Shown one piece after another: positions 1 through 9,352 of a DNA stretch of 64,000 nucleotides. The notes under the pieces are model-generated. The model made no database searches. It was not told the DNA's origin and was given only the letters and a program-made list of their open reading frames with translations. The stretch lies in NCBI GenBank assembly GCA_963692915.1, contig OY843584.1, positions 672,001 to 736,000 on the forward strand, in the 5' to 3' direction. The DNA comes from Cenarchaeum sp. GTDB taxonomy: Archaea; Thermoproteota; Nitrososphaeria; Nitrososphaerales; Nitrosopumilaceae. The position numbers were made by a program, and so were the translations under genes. Numbering within the stretch: position 1 is the stretch's first letter; each line of letters begins with the position of its first letter.

Positions 1-1
1 T

Positions 2-742
2 GCCGGTGATGTCAGCCCATCGGCACACACTGCGCGCCTTTTGGCAGAAGAGCACGCGATGCGCTATCTGGCCGCAGACGCGTCTGACTTTGAGGATGAT
101 CCAATTGGCGCAAAGCTGTACGAGCACTATCAAAAGCTGCAGAAACGACTGCTAACCGAGCGCGCAATCGAGGACATGGAGCAGGAGCGCAGGGAAGAGC
201 TTGTGCGCATGCAGGCAATGGCTGACACACAGCGCGTGAAAATGCTCGAGGACGAGACGCATGGTGATGGCACGTATGAGGGGCGCGCACGCAACGTGTT
301 TGTGGACAGCCTTGACAGGTCAGTTCGCCCCACAATCGTCTCGCAGCTCGACTATACACTAGAGGCGTACAGGGTAGGCAAGGCAGCCATGCGAACCGTG
401 CTAGATCGTGGCGGAAGCATGGCCGAGGCCATAGAGGCGCGCAATGCGGCAGCGGCAATACCACGCCATGTCATGGAGAGGCTCTCACCAGAGGTTGGAT
501 TTGACATAGATGACTATCCATGGGCAGCGGCCCACATGACAAACTCCACGGCCGGCCCCGTTGAGGCCGTGCCAGAGGATGACACTCCAGAGCCAGGGCC
601 ACGCAACGCCACGAGCGCGCCTGCGGGCACGGCCGCGCAGGGAGTCGAGGTCGGGCCGGGCGTCACGACCGTGTACATGAGCGTCAACGGCGAGCTTGTC
701 AGGCACGTCTTTAACGGCACGCACTGGACTCCCGAAGGGTAG
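2..742 (+). CDS. hypothetical protein, 5'-partial (frame open to the window edge); helical/charged region followed by a Pro/Ala/Thr-rich linker
   Basis: Frame open from position 2 to TAG at 740-742; protein-like composition; no recognised motif. Confidence 0.7.
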   Translation, partial: AGDVSPSAHTARLLAEEHAMRYLAADASDFEDDPIGAKLYEHYQKLQKRLLTERAIEDMEQERREELVRMQAMADTQRVKMLEDETHGDGTYEGRARNVFVDSLDRSVRPTIVSQLDYTLEAYRVGKAAMRTVLDRGGSMAEAIEARNAAAAIPRHVMERLSPEVGFDIDDYPWAAAHMTNSTAGPVEAVPEDDTPEPGPRNATSAPAGTAAQGVEVGPGVTTVYMSVNGELVRHVFNGTHWTPEG

Positions 743-793
743 GCACAGGCCATCTCAAAATCGTTATATGCCAACGTGCGGCGTGATGCGACC

Positions 794-1843
794 ATGCGCC
801 TAGTGCGCTATGCGCTCATGCGGGCGCTTGCCATGGTTGGTGTCCTTGTCGTGACGCTGTTCATCACCGTCGCGCTAGTCGGCTCGGGCATGGACAGCAT
901 ACTCGAGCGCTCCGTTGCCTTTCACATCCGCTCCGAGATTGCGGCCAATCCCGCCCTGGCCGGCTCGTTTGCCGACGCCGCCGCGCTCGAGGAGCACATA
1001 GCCGCGCGCATAGAGGAGCGTACGCGCGAGATCGGCCTGGACAGGCCATGGTGGGCACCGGATCGCATAGCGACGTCCATGTGGCGCATACTCGTGCTCG
1101 ACTTTGGTCGTGCGACCTTTTTGACCTCGGACACAGGCTCGACGGCCGTGGCAGACATACTCGGCGAGCGACTCCCAAAGACCATCCTCCTGTTCACTAG
1201 CGCAACTGCGGTCATATCGGTGATCGGCGTGGTTCATGGAGCCATGGCGAGCAGTCGCGCACGATCCGTCGCCGACCGCCTCACCTCGGCGTTTGCCGTG
1301 ATAAGCTCAAGCTTTCCGGTCTGGTGGGTGGGTCTCCTAATGATATTTGCGTTCTCGTTTATGTGGCAGGTGTTTCCCCCACGCGCAACGCCAGACGTGC
1401 CACCTGGCGATCCCGGATATGTCGCATCGCTCCTGTATCACATGGCCCTTCCCCTGGCAACGATCGTCCTGATAGGGTTTGGCGCATGGTCGTACCTTGT
1501 GCGAAACTTTATGGTGGGCATATTGCAGGAGGATCACATTGCAGCAAGGCGTGCGATCGGCGTGCGCGAGGGGAAGGTGGTCTACTCGCACGCGTTGCGC
1601 AACGCCGCGCCACCGATCCTCACGGTCATGGCACTAAGCCTGTCAGGCTCGCTTGGTGGCGCAATAATAACAGAGGCCGTCTTTGACTGGCCTGGCATGG
1701 GGCGCCTCTACTTTGAGGCCGTCACGGTAATGGACCTGCCCGTGATAATCGGCTCAACGTACGTGCTCACGGCGTTCTTTCTTGTTAGCGTGCTTGTCGC
1801 AGACCTGCTCTATATGCGCCTCGACCCGAGGACTGCGCGATGA
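794..1843 (+). CDS. ABC transporter permease, oligopeptide/dipeptide/nickel type (DppB/OppB-like)
   Basis: Multiple TM helices; EAA-like loop 'ARRAIGVREGKVVYSHALRNA'; 'TEAVFDWPGMG'; TATA-like TTATAT about 25 nt upstream of ATG 794. Confidence 0.9.
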   Translation: MRLVRYALMRALAMVGVLVVTLFITVALVGSGMDSILERSVAFHIRSEIAANPALAGSFADAAALEEHIAARIEERTREIGLDRPWWAPDRIATSMWRILVLDFGRATFLTSDTGSTAVADILGERLPKTILLFTSATAVISVIGVVHGAMASSRARSVADRLTSAFAVISSSFPVWWVGLLMIFAFSFMWQVFPPRATPDVPPGDPGYVASLLYHMALPLATIVLIGFGAWSYLVRNFMVGILQEDHIAARRAIGVREGKVVYSHALRNAAPPILTVMALSLSGSLGGAIITEAVFDWPGMGRLYFEAVTVMDLPVIIGSTYVLTAFFLVSVLVADLLYMRLDPRTAR

Positions 1844-3168
1844 GCTACGGACGCATATCCATTCGCGACGAGATACTGCGCAGTCGCATGGGAGTGGCCG
1901 GAATTGCCATACTCGTCGCGCTCCTTGCGCTCTCGGTGGCCACGGTGGCCTCAGGACTCGGAGACGCGATCCGCGAGTGGAACGATCCGGCCGCCTGGCT
2001 CACGCTCCCAAAATCGGCAATGCCGGCGTGGGCAAATGTCGGGCCTGACAGACTAGCCGAGCACACAGTCGTTGAGGGCAGTGCGGCACGAGGCGGGCAG
2101 TCACATGCGACTGCGATCCACGCCTTTGAGCTCATGGCCGGCGGGCTGCCGTCTGATGTGATGTTCGAGTATGCGGCACGCTACTCGGGCTCGCCGCTCC
2201 TTGAGCTGCGCGTGCTGCGGCCCGACGGAGTCGAGCTCGGCATTGCCGCCGTCGCCCTCCCCGGCTCGGACGGCGAAGTGGTGCGCCACGGGCGCATCTT
2301 TTCGACTGACGCCTCGGTTCGCAGGATGGTGGCGATGCAGGCCGGCGGTGCAGGTGCCGAGGAGGCAATGTTTGGGGACTCGCGTGGCCAAACCCTGGCA
2401 GGCGCCTATGCCGTGGCCGCCACGATATACGGGACGGGTCACGCCCCCGAGATCGTCTCCTCGCGACTCGTCGTTAGCGGCGGCGCGTATGGCCTTATGG
2501 GAACCGACGAGATGCGCCGCGACCTCGCCGTTGGCCTCGCCTGGGGCGCCCCACTAGCGCTATTTGTTGGCGTGAGCGTCGCTGTCGCCTCGGTCATGAT
2601 CGGCCTCGCGTACGGCATGTATGCCGGATACAGGGGCGGCAGGGCCGATGAGACGATGATGAGGGCAAATGACGTCGTCTATGCGCTCCCCGCACTGCCA
2701 TTCCTAGTCATACTCGCAGTCACGCTGAGCAACAGCATATTCGTCATGGTCGCGTTTCTCGTCATGTTTGGCTGGGTTGCAGTGGCAAAGGTGTCGCGAA
2801 GCATGGCCCTGCAGGCCAGGGCGCGCGGGTACGTCGAGGCTGCCAGGATAATGGGCCAGCGCGACTCGAGGACGATACTGCGCCATGTCATGCCGCAGCT
2901 CCTGCCATACGCGCTGGCAAGCATCGCGATATCGGTTCCGGCGGCGATAACGACGGAGGCCGGACTCAGCTTTTTGGGCCTGGGGGATCCCGAGTATCCC
3001 ACATGGGGCCAGATGCTGCGCGATGCGAGCCTTCACGGTGCGGCAGCACGCGGCCTCTGGTGGTGGGTCGTGCCGCCGGGACTGATGATTGCGCTGACTG
3101 GCCTGGCGTTTGTGTTCATTGGCGGATCGCTTGATGCGGCGATAAACCCAAGGCTGCGTCGCCGCTAG
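1840..3168 (+). CDS. ABC transporter permease (DppC/OppC-like)
   Basis: 'LMGTDEMRRDL', 'YVEAARIMG...ILRHVMPQ', 'EAGLSFLGLG'; ATGA overlap with the upstream permease. Confidence 0.9.
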   Translation: MSYGRISIRDEILRSRMGVAGIAILVALLALSVATVASGLGDAIREWNDPAAWLTLPKSAMPAWANVGPDRLAEHTVVEGSAARGGQSHATAIHAFELMAGGLPSDVMFEYAARYSGSPLLELRVLRPDGVELGIAAVALPGSDGEVVRHGRIFSTDASVRRMVAMQAGGAGAEEAMFGDSRGQTLAGAYAVAATIYGTGHAPEIVSSRLVVSGGAYGLMGTDEMRRDLAVGLAWGAPLALFVGVSVAVASVMIGLAYGMYAGYRGGRADETMMRANDVVYALPALPFLVILAVTLSNSIFVMVAFLVMFGWVAVAKVSRSMALQARARGYVEAARIMGQRDSRTILRHVMPQLLPYALASIAISVPAAITTEAGLSFLGLGDPEYPTWGQMLRDASLHGAAARGLWWWVVPPGLMIALTGLAFVFIGGSLDAAINPRLRRR

Positions 3169-3509
3169 GATCGCTCAAAGGCGCGTATGGCCTCTAGCGT
3201 TGCGCCGCCAAGCTTTACCGTGTATGCGGCCGCAAGGTTGTTGCCGTTTTTCTCCTCGGCGTTGGCCTCGAGCTCCTCGGCAAAGGACGTCTTGTCACGT
3301 CCGCGCGAGTATTCGCCGCCGGCCTCCTTTATGCAGAGTGGAAACTTTTTGAGCGCAACATTTTGCTCGAGGAGGTGCGCGATAAACCCCTTGTACGCCG
3401 CAATGTCATACCACTCGCGCGAGCGCTCGCCGCAAAAGGCGATCCACGTGTCTATCGTGTTCTGGTATATCGCCCTGTCCCGCAACGCCTCTAGCATCAT
3501 CTGCGCCAC
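3165..3509 (-). CDS. hypothetical protein
   Basis: 114-aa ORF with globular composition; shares a CTAG stop with the convergent permease. Confidence 0.7.
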   Translation of the reverse strand: MAQMMLEALRDRAIYQNTIDTWIAFCGERSREWYDIAAYKGFIAHLLEQNVALKKFPLCIKEAGGEYSRGRDKTSFAEELEANAEEKNGNNLAAAYTVKLGGATLEAIRAFERS

Positions 3510-3513
3510 AGCC

Positions 3514-3837
3514 TCAAAAGTGCGCGCTAGTCGCCCGTGATCCGCAGACGGGGCACTCGCGCCCCTTGTAGACCTTGCCGCACCTCATGCAGGAGAACTG
3601 CGCAGACTCTGTCTCGCGGTTCATTCCAAAGAGGCCGCCGCCGAGGCCGGAGCGCTGCGAGCCAAGCCCCCCGCGAAGCTGGCCCATGTAGCGCCGGCGC
3701 AAAAAGAGCGGAAACGCGATGAATATGGCAAGGGCGATGCCAAGGCCGTACGGGAACGGCAGGACCATCTGCAGGCCTATCGATATTCCAAGCGACACAA
3801 AGAGGAACAGGAGGTAGTGCCTGTATGTGAATGCCAT
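3514..3837 (-). CDS. small membrane protein with C-terminal zinc ribbon
   Basis: Two TM helices, then 'CMRCG...ECPVCGS'; ATG 3837 chosen as start. Confidence 0.75.
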   Translation of the reverse strand: MAFTYRHYLLFLFVSLGISIGLQMVLPFPYGLGIALAIFIAFPLFLRRRYMGQLRGGLGSQRSGLGGGLFGMNRETESAQFSCMRCGKVYKGRECPVCGSRATSAHF

Positions 3838-3935
3838 GTCCCACGCACGAAGGGATTTTACATATAACACTTTGCCCTGCGTGCCGCATCATGGGCGAGG
3901 CATCCACCGTGGGCCCTATTGGGCTCTGGGTTCGC

Positions 3936-4118
3936 CTACCTGCGCCTGCGCCGCTGGCCGGGCTTGTTTTGACCCGGAACCCTGCTTAGCACAAAGCGCT
4001 TCTTAAAGTTGGACTTGTTTCTCACGCTGGCGTTGGTTCCGACTCGCTTTCGACCCTCAACCTTGGGGGTCTGACCGCGAACCTTGCCGGCCTTTGTGAG
4101 TGATCCGTGAGTCGCCAT
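3936..4118 (-). CDS. rps30e: 30S ribosomal protein S30e
   Basis: 'MATHGSLTKAGKVRGQTPKV' signature. Confidence 0.95.
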   Translation of the reverse strand: MATHGSLTKAGKVRGQTPKVEGRKRVGTNASVRNKSNFKKRFVLSRVPGQNKPGQRRRRR

Positions 4119-4157
4119 TCTGCAGCAGCGCCAAATGGCGACAATTTAAGGATTTAT

Positions 4158-4172
4158 GGCCCTTTCCACGTA
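4158..4172. repeat. left copy of 15-bp target-site duplication GGCCCTTTCCACGTA
   Basis: Identical to 5265-5279 and directly flanks the IS end. Confidence 0.9.
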
Positions 4173-5264
4173 TGCCTTGTACGAAAAGTAGTAGACTGGG
4201 CAGGAATGCTTGCCGGGCGCAGATCCGGGAGCCCCGGGGGCGCCCCGGGATCCGGCAGGCTGCCGAAACATACGTTTGGGGGGCTCCGCCGCCGGCGCGC
4301 CATGCCGGTCAGGAGGCTTGACGACAGGGCGCTCCGGTACGTGGCCAGGACGCTGGCGACGCGGAGCGCCGAGGAGGTGGCGCGCGAGCTGGGGATCTCC
4401 AGGGCGTGGTCGTACAGGCTTCGCGCGCACTGCCGGCGCACCGGCGCGCCGCCGGAGCCGCGGCCGATGGGAAGGCCGCGCAGGGACGTCACCGACGGCG
4501 AGGTGGCCGAGGTCCTCGGCGAGCACGCCGACCGGCCGGCCGGCGTCGTGCGCGTGGCCGAGGGGCTGCGCGGCAACAACTCAAAAATAACGTACTGGTC
4601 GGTGTACCGCATCATGCTGGCGGAGGGGCTCGTCACGAGGTCGCGGGCGAAGTCGCGCAGGCGAAAGTGGGTCAGGTTCGAGCGCGCGCACTCCGGCGCG
4701 CTGTGGCACGTGGACTGGCACATAATGAAATACGGGCCACTTGCGGGCTCGCACCTCATAGTGTTCCTCGACGACGCGTCGCGGTGCGTCACGGGCTTTG
4801 GCGTGTTCGCCGAGGCCACGTCGGAAAACTCCGTGCTTGCGCTGCGAAAGGCGATCAGGATGTTTGGCGCGCCGGCGCAGATCCTCTCGGACCACGGCAC
4901 GCAGTTCACGGCAAGCCGGCGCGGCACGCCGAGCCGCAGCTGGACGCCGACGCTCTTCGAGCGGGAGCTGCTGGACCGCGACATAGCGCACCTCATGGCG
5001 CGCGTCCGCCACCCCCAGACCAACGGCAAGGTCGAGAGGTTCTTCCAGACGCTCGAGACGGAGATCGGCCACTTTGGCGGGGTCCCCGAGTTCATCGCGT
5101 ACTACAACGAGAGGCGCCTCCACTTCGCCCTGGACATCAAGGGCGGCGAGACGCCCCTGCTGGCCTACAGGAGGCGCAGGGCCGACGGGCGGGTCCGGGC
5201 GGAGAACCCGAGGTGGATGGAGGTGGACTCGAATGAGTGAGTCTACTACTTTTCGTATAAAACA
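4173..5264 (+). mobile_element. IS481-family insertion sequence, apparently complete (1092 bp)
   Basis: TG...CA ends; IRL 4173-4197 TGCCTTGTACGAAAAGTAGTAGACT matches the reverse complement of IRR 5240-5264 (TGTTTTATACGAAAAGTAGTAGACT) at 22/25; single DDE transposase ORF; 15-bp flanking direct repeat. Confidence 0.9.
4302..5240 (+). CDS. DDE (integrase core) transposase with N-terminal HTH, IS481 type
   Basis: HTH 'EEVARELGISRAWSYR'; 'LWHVDW', 'LDDASR', 'ILSDHGTQF', 'PQTNGKVERFF'. Confidence 0.92.
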   Translation: MPVRRLDDRALRYVARTLATRSAEEVARELGISRAWSYRLRAHCRRTGAPPEPRPMGRPRRDVTDGEVAEVLGEHADRPAGVVRVAEGLRGNNSKITYWSVYRIMLAEGLVTRSRAKSRRRKWVRFERAHSGALWHVDWHIMKYGPLAGSHLIVFLDDASRCVTGFGVFAEATSENSVLALRKAIRMFGAPAQILSDHGTQFTASRRGTPSRSWTPTLFERELLDRDIAHLMARVRHPQTNGKVERFFQTLETEIGHFGGVPEFIAYYNERRLHFALDIKGGETPLLAYRRRRADGRVRAENPRWMEVDSNE

Positions 5265-5279
5265 GGCCCTTTCCACGTA
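5265..5279. repeat. right copy of 15-bp target-site duplication
   Basis: Identical to 4158-4172. Confidence 0.9.
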
Positions 5280-5356
5280 TGAGGTCAGCACCCCCGCCCC
5301 ATTTGGTCAAATAGGCGCGATCCTGATCCATTTACCGCGGTGGCGCCCGCCAGGGC

Positions 5357-5623
5357 ATGGCTGGCCGACGGCGCGGGAACCTGGAACACGTGGTGGCGGA
5401 GCTCAGCGGCAGGCTCATGGCCGTGGAGGAGCGGGCCGGGGAGCGCGACCTGCGGATCAGGGAGATGCAGAAGAGGATTACCGGGCTGGAGGATGCCGTC
5501 GAGGCGCTGGACTGGAGGATCGCCGAGCTGGAGGCGGAGAACGACACCGTGAGGCGCACGCTGTCGTACTACCAGAACTCCAACACGCCGCCGTCGCCGG
5601 CGTCGCTGGAGCACCTCCAGTAA
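5357..5623 (+). pseudogene. truncated N-terminus of an IS66-like transposase
   Basis: Coiled coil '...RIAELEAENDTVRRTL' followed by 'YYQNSNTPPS', typical of IS66 TnpC/DUF6444 N-termini; stops after 88 aa; GC-rich codon style like the IS481. Confidence 0.65.
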
Positions 5624-5901
5624 GTACAGCAGATGCGCCAAGCCCGCCATTAATCTTTTCGTCTAGCGTTACCAGGACAGAGCTAGTCGTCGCACCGTTG
5701 CTTATCACAGCAGACAGCATCACCGGACCTGCCGTGTCCTCAGGGTGTGTTGCCCTGACCGTCGCAGCAGAGGCGGAGCGTGGCGTTCCGGTCGTGTCAG
5801 TGACAGTGTCGGGGATTGTGAGTGTCCACGTTCCTGCGCGTGCGCTAGGGCCAGGGGGAAATGTCATCACTGAGCCGGCCACCGTGGGCACGGCAGTCAC
5901 G
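5624..5901 (-). pseudogene. fragment of an Ig-like repeat surface protein
   Basis: 'GTWTLTIPDTVTDTTGTP' then 'DTAGPVMLSAVISNGATTSSVLVTLDEKI' resemble the end and start of consecutive Big/SbsA-type Ig-like repeats; no start codon of its own. Confidence 0.55.
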
Positions 5902-6321
5902 CTAGCAGGGTCTCTCATCGACGATGCGGATCGGCGCGCCAGAGCTGCCCCAGGCGCATATGTCGCCCTCCTCGTACGGGTATGCGACGATGACTGAGAC
6001 GAGGCCAAAAAAGTTGTGCAGGTCAGGAACCGAAGGGCGCGCCGTCCCGCTAGGGTGCGAGTGGAACATGCCAACATAGCTCTTGTCAAACGGGAGAAAC
6101 GAGTGCGGAAACCCCGCAAACGTCGGGCCGCTGTGCGAGAACGGCGGCACGACGAGGCCATCGACTGCAATGCCGGCCCCCTTTGACTTTCCGCGAAGTA
6201 TGAGGATCGCCTCGTTTGGGTGCCGCATCTTGCTGTACGAGAGTATGCCGTCGCGCACGTCCCCTGATATCCAGAGCGTGCGCTCAGGCGGGGGCGACTT
6301 TGGCTTTCTAGAAAAGAACAT
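5902..6321 (-). CDS. JAMM/MPN+ (Mov34) metalloprotease
   Basis: 'HPNE' plus 'HSHPSGTARPSVPD' (E...HxHx7Sx2D). Confidence 0.9.
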   Translation of the reverse strand: MFFSRKPKSPPPERTLWISGDVRDGILSYSKMRHPNEAILILRGKSKGAGIAVDGLVVPPFSHSGPTFAGFPHSFLPFDKSYVGMFHSHPSGTARPSVPDLHNFFGLVSVIVAYPYEEGDICAWGSSGAPIRIVDERPC

Positions 6322-6481
6322 CGCCGGATCAGCGCCCTGACGCGTGCGGCACGGGCATGGCTAGCGCCACATGTCGACTTGCCATCACGAGGCGTGTGCG
6401 CGCTGACCCGTATAAGCCTGCCGAGCGGACGCGCGCTGCCCCATCAGTTGGTTTTTAAGCGCCACCACGATCCTCGCACGC

Positions 6482-7876
6482 ATGAAACTCGCGTTGGCCA
6501 TGGCCATCTGCCTCGCCGCAGTCGCCCTTCCGGCAGCATATGGGGAGAAGGGCATGGAAAAGTACGTGGGGGAGTCCTTCTCGTTCATGTATCCTGAAAA
6601 ATGGACCATATACGATGAGGGTGTGGCACAGTGGGACAGCTGGACGGTCCCTGTGTGGGCATTTGGATCCGACGCGTACGAGGTTGACTCGAGGCTCTAT
6701 GTCGCCGAGATACCCCCTGTCATACTCGATGACGAGAGATGGAGCGACTCGAAATACATTGCGCGCATTTCAACATCAGAGGCCGAGTTTTGCGCCAGCG
6801 GCGCGATTGCGTGGGGGCGCTATGCGTGCGTTGACTTTGAGGTGGTTCACGCGTCACACTATTCCACGAACCACCCATACTATCTTGTAGTGTTCGAGTG
6901 GGTTCGCGAGTATGCCGACGGGACAAGGGTCGAGGCCACGGCGGCGCGAATCGACGTGCCCGGCGAGTCTGGAACGATGGTGATGTTTGCCGAGGCACCT
7001 TCCGAAAAGTGGGATAAACTTGGGCTCCTCGACTCGATCAGGTCGTTTGCGCCATCTGGAGGGGTCGGTGGTCCATCTGAGCCCATGATGACCATGCTAG
7101 CCGAGAACGTCTACCATTATTATGACTCGTACGGAACCCTAGTCGTCATCGGTGAAGACGATGTCCTCATCACAGATACGGCAAACGTGGATAGGGCAGA
7201 GAGCCTAAAGAAGGCCATCACCAAGATCACCGACACCCCGGTGACGATGATCGCGCTCTCACATGAGCACTATGACCACGTTGGCGGGACGGGTGTCTTT
7301 GAGGACGCCAATGTCATATGCCACATAAACTGCGCGCCAGTCTTTGAGCTCTCGACGTTCATGGACGTGCCAGACAAGGTTGACATTGAGTTTGACGAGT
7401 ATCACGAGATCGACGTTGGCGGCATAACAGTGGAGCTCCACCACATTGCTCCAGCTGACGGCGATGCGACAACGGTTGTCTACCTGCCAGATCACGGCAT
7501 TGTCGTAACAGCAGACCTCTACACTCCCGGGGCCCTCACGGACGGAAGGTGGATAACTGACACAAACCTCCTCGGCACGCGAAAGGTTCTCAACGAGATG
7601 GCCTCGTGGGATATTACACACGAGATAAACAGCCACTATCCGGGCACAGACCCCACAAACCTGCGCAAGGCCGCGACGTTCTTTGACGATCTGCACGATG
7701 CCGTCACTGACGAGCTTGCAGCCGGACTCGAACGAGGCGGCATTTTCGGCGTGTACACGGCAATGGCCACTATGCCTGACACGCTAGAGCTCCCCGAGTA
7801 TGCCTCATGGGGCAACTATGAGGACCTTCCGCGCTATATCCAGAGAATGGCCGAAGCGATAACGCACGGTGACTAG
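6482..7876 (+). CDS. secreted two-domain protein: N-terminal PsbP-like/unknown domain plus C-terminal metallo-beta-lactamase-fold hydrolase
   Basis: Signal peptide 'MKLALAMAICLAAVALPAAYG'; 'FSFMYPEKW'; MBL motifs 'ITDT', 'SHEHYDHVGG', 'TADLY', 'NSHYP'; TTTTTAA at 6452-6458. Confidence 0.8.
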   Translation: MKLALAMAICLAAVALPAAYGEKGMEKYVGESFSFMYPEKWTIYDEGVAQWDSWTVPVWAFGSDAYEVDSRLYVAEIPPVILDDERWSDSKYIARISTSEAEFCASGAIAWGRYACVDFEVVHASHYSTNHPYYLVVFEWVREYADGTRVEATAARIDVPGESGTMVMFAEAPSEKWDKLGLLDSIRSFAPSGGVGGPSEPMMTMLAENVYHYYDSYGTLVVIGEDDVLITDTANVDRAESLKKAITKITDTPVTMIALSHEHYDHVGGTGVFEDANVICHINCAPVFELSTFMDVPDKVDIEFDEYHEIDVGGITVELHHIAPADGDATTVVYLPDHGIVVTADLYTPGALTDGRWITDTNLLGTRKVLNEMASWDITHEINSHYPGTDPTNLRKAATFFDDLHDAVTDELAAGLERGGIFGVYTAMATMPDTLELPEYASWGNYEDLPRYIQRMAEAITHGD

Positions 7877-9324
7877 TATCCGCGCGCAAAGAGCGGTGCC
7901 GAACCGGCGCATGCCTCACCGCACACGACGCACTTGCCACCGCTCTCTCCACCAAACGGGATGACCCTAATCTCGGCGCCCGTTTTGTCCTTGACCTTCT
8001 CCTCGCATGTCAGAGAGCCGCACCACGCCGCCTCGATAAACCCGCCAGACTCGACCAGGCGCGCAAGCTCGTCGTACGAGGAGGCACGATGCGTCATTGC
8101 GTCCTGCGCCTTGCGCGCGGCATCGAGCATCTCGGCGTGCATCGTGTCCATGATGCCCGTGACTGTGGCAATATCACCAAAGGCGACGCGAGACTTTGTC
8201 CTGTTGTGCCTCGTCACGACGACGGCCTCGCCGGACTCGATGTCCTTGGGACCGACCTCTATCCTGACGGGCACGCCGCGCAGCTCCCAGTCGTTGAACT
8301 TGAAGCCCGGCGTGAGGCCCTCGCGCGAGTCGACGTGTGCCCTCACGCCGGCGCCAGACAGGGCATCGCGCAGCTCGGCGGCCTTGGCCATGACGAGCGA
8401 CTCGGCGTCACTGTCATAGTATATTGGCACAATGACGGCCTGAATCGGCGCGACGCGTGGTGGCAGGACAAGGCCCTTGTCATCACCATGGATCATTATC
8501 ATCGCGCCAATAAGCCTCCACGAGACTCCCCAGGACGTCTGCCAGGCGGGCTGCTCGACATTGTTACGGTCGGCGTACTTTATCCCAAACGGGACAGAAA
8601 AGTTTTGGCCCAAAAAGTGCGACGTGCCCATCTGGAGAGCCTTGCCGTCAGGCATCATGGCCTCGACGGCGAGCGTGTGGACCGCGCCGACAAACTTTTC
8701 ACGTTCGCTCTTTGTGCCGCGCACAACCGGGATGGCAAGCTCGCGTTCCATGACGCTTGCGTACGAGTCGAGAACGTGCGCAGTCTCTGCCTCGGCCTCC
8801 TCACGCGTCTCGTGGACAGTATGGCCCTCCTGCCACAGGAACTCGGACGTGCGCAGGAACGGGCGCGTCGCCTTTATCTCGGCGCGCAGTGCCGTGTTCC
8901 AAAAATTGATGCGAAGCGGCAGGTCGCGCCAGCTCTTTATCCACCGTGAGTACATCTCATATGCAAGTGCCTCAGACGTCGGGCGCAGCGCGAGCCTGTC
9001 GCCGAGTTCGGCGTTGCCAGAGTGTGTGACCCAAAAGACCTCCGGGGTAAATCCCGCAAAGTGATCGGCCTCGCGCGACAGGAGTGACTCGGGTATGAGC
9101 GTGGGCAGGAACGCGTTGCGCACGCCGTTCTTTGCAAACTCGGCATCAAATGTGGATCGGAGGGACTCCCAGATGGAGTATCCGTCAGGGCGCAGAACCA
9201 TGAGGCCCTTGACGGGCGCATAGTCGGCAAGCTCGGCCTTTAGGACCACCTGCGTGTACCACTCGCTAAAATCCACTGACTTTGGCGTGGTTATGCCAAC
9301 GAGCGGCGCGTTTCGCTTTGCCAA
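7873..9324 (-). CDS. proS: proline--tRNA ligase (archaeal/eukaryote type)
   Basis: 'DFSEWY', 'RPTSE', 'FLRTSEFLWQEGHT', C-terminal Zn site and 'FARGY'. Confidence 0.97.
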   Translation of the reverse strand: MAKRNAPLVGITTPKSVDFSEWYTQVVLKAELADYAPVKGLMVLRPDGYSIWESLRSTFDAEFAKNGVRNAFLPTLIPESLLSREADHFAGFTPEVFWVTHSGNAELGDRLALRPTSEALAYEMYSRWIKSWRDLPLRINFWNTALRAEIKATRPFLRTSEFLWQEGHTVHETREEAEAETAHVLDSYASVMERELAIPVVRGTKSEREKFVGAVHTLAVEAMMPDGKALQMGTSHFLGQNFSVPFGIKYADRNNVEQPAWQTSWGVSWRLIGAMIMIHGDDKGLVLPPRVAPIQAVIVPIYYDSDAESLVMAKAAELRDALSGAGVRAHVDSREGLTPGFKFNDWELRGVPVRIEVGPKDIESGEAVVVTRHNRTKSRVAFGDIATVTGIMDTMHAEMLDAARKAQDAMTHRASSYDELARLVESGGFIEAAWCGSLTCEEKVKDKTGAEIRVIPFGGESGGKCVVCGEACAGSAPLFARGY

Positions 9325-9352
9325 TGCGGCAGACTGCGCGAGTGTGCGTTAA

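Noticed and set aside
4107-4301. N-terminal extension of the 377-aa transposase ORF
   Set aside because: It crosses the IS boundary and overlaps rps30e; ATG 4302 is the plausible start.
4154-5997. Long alternative-frame and antisense ORFs over the IS region (313, 276, 236 and 307 aa)
   Set aside because: Shadow ORFs typical of very GC-rich DNA; no motifs.
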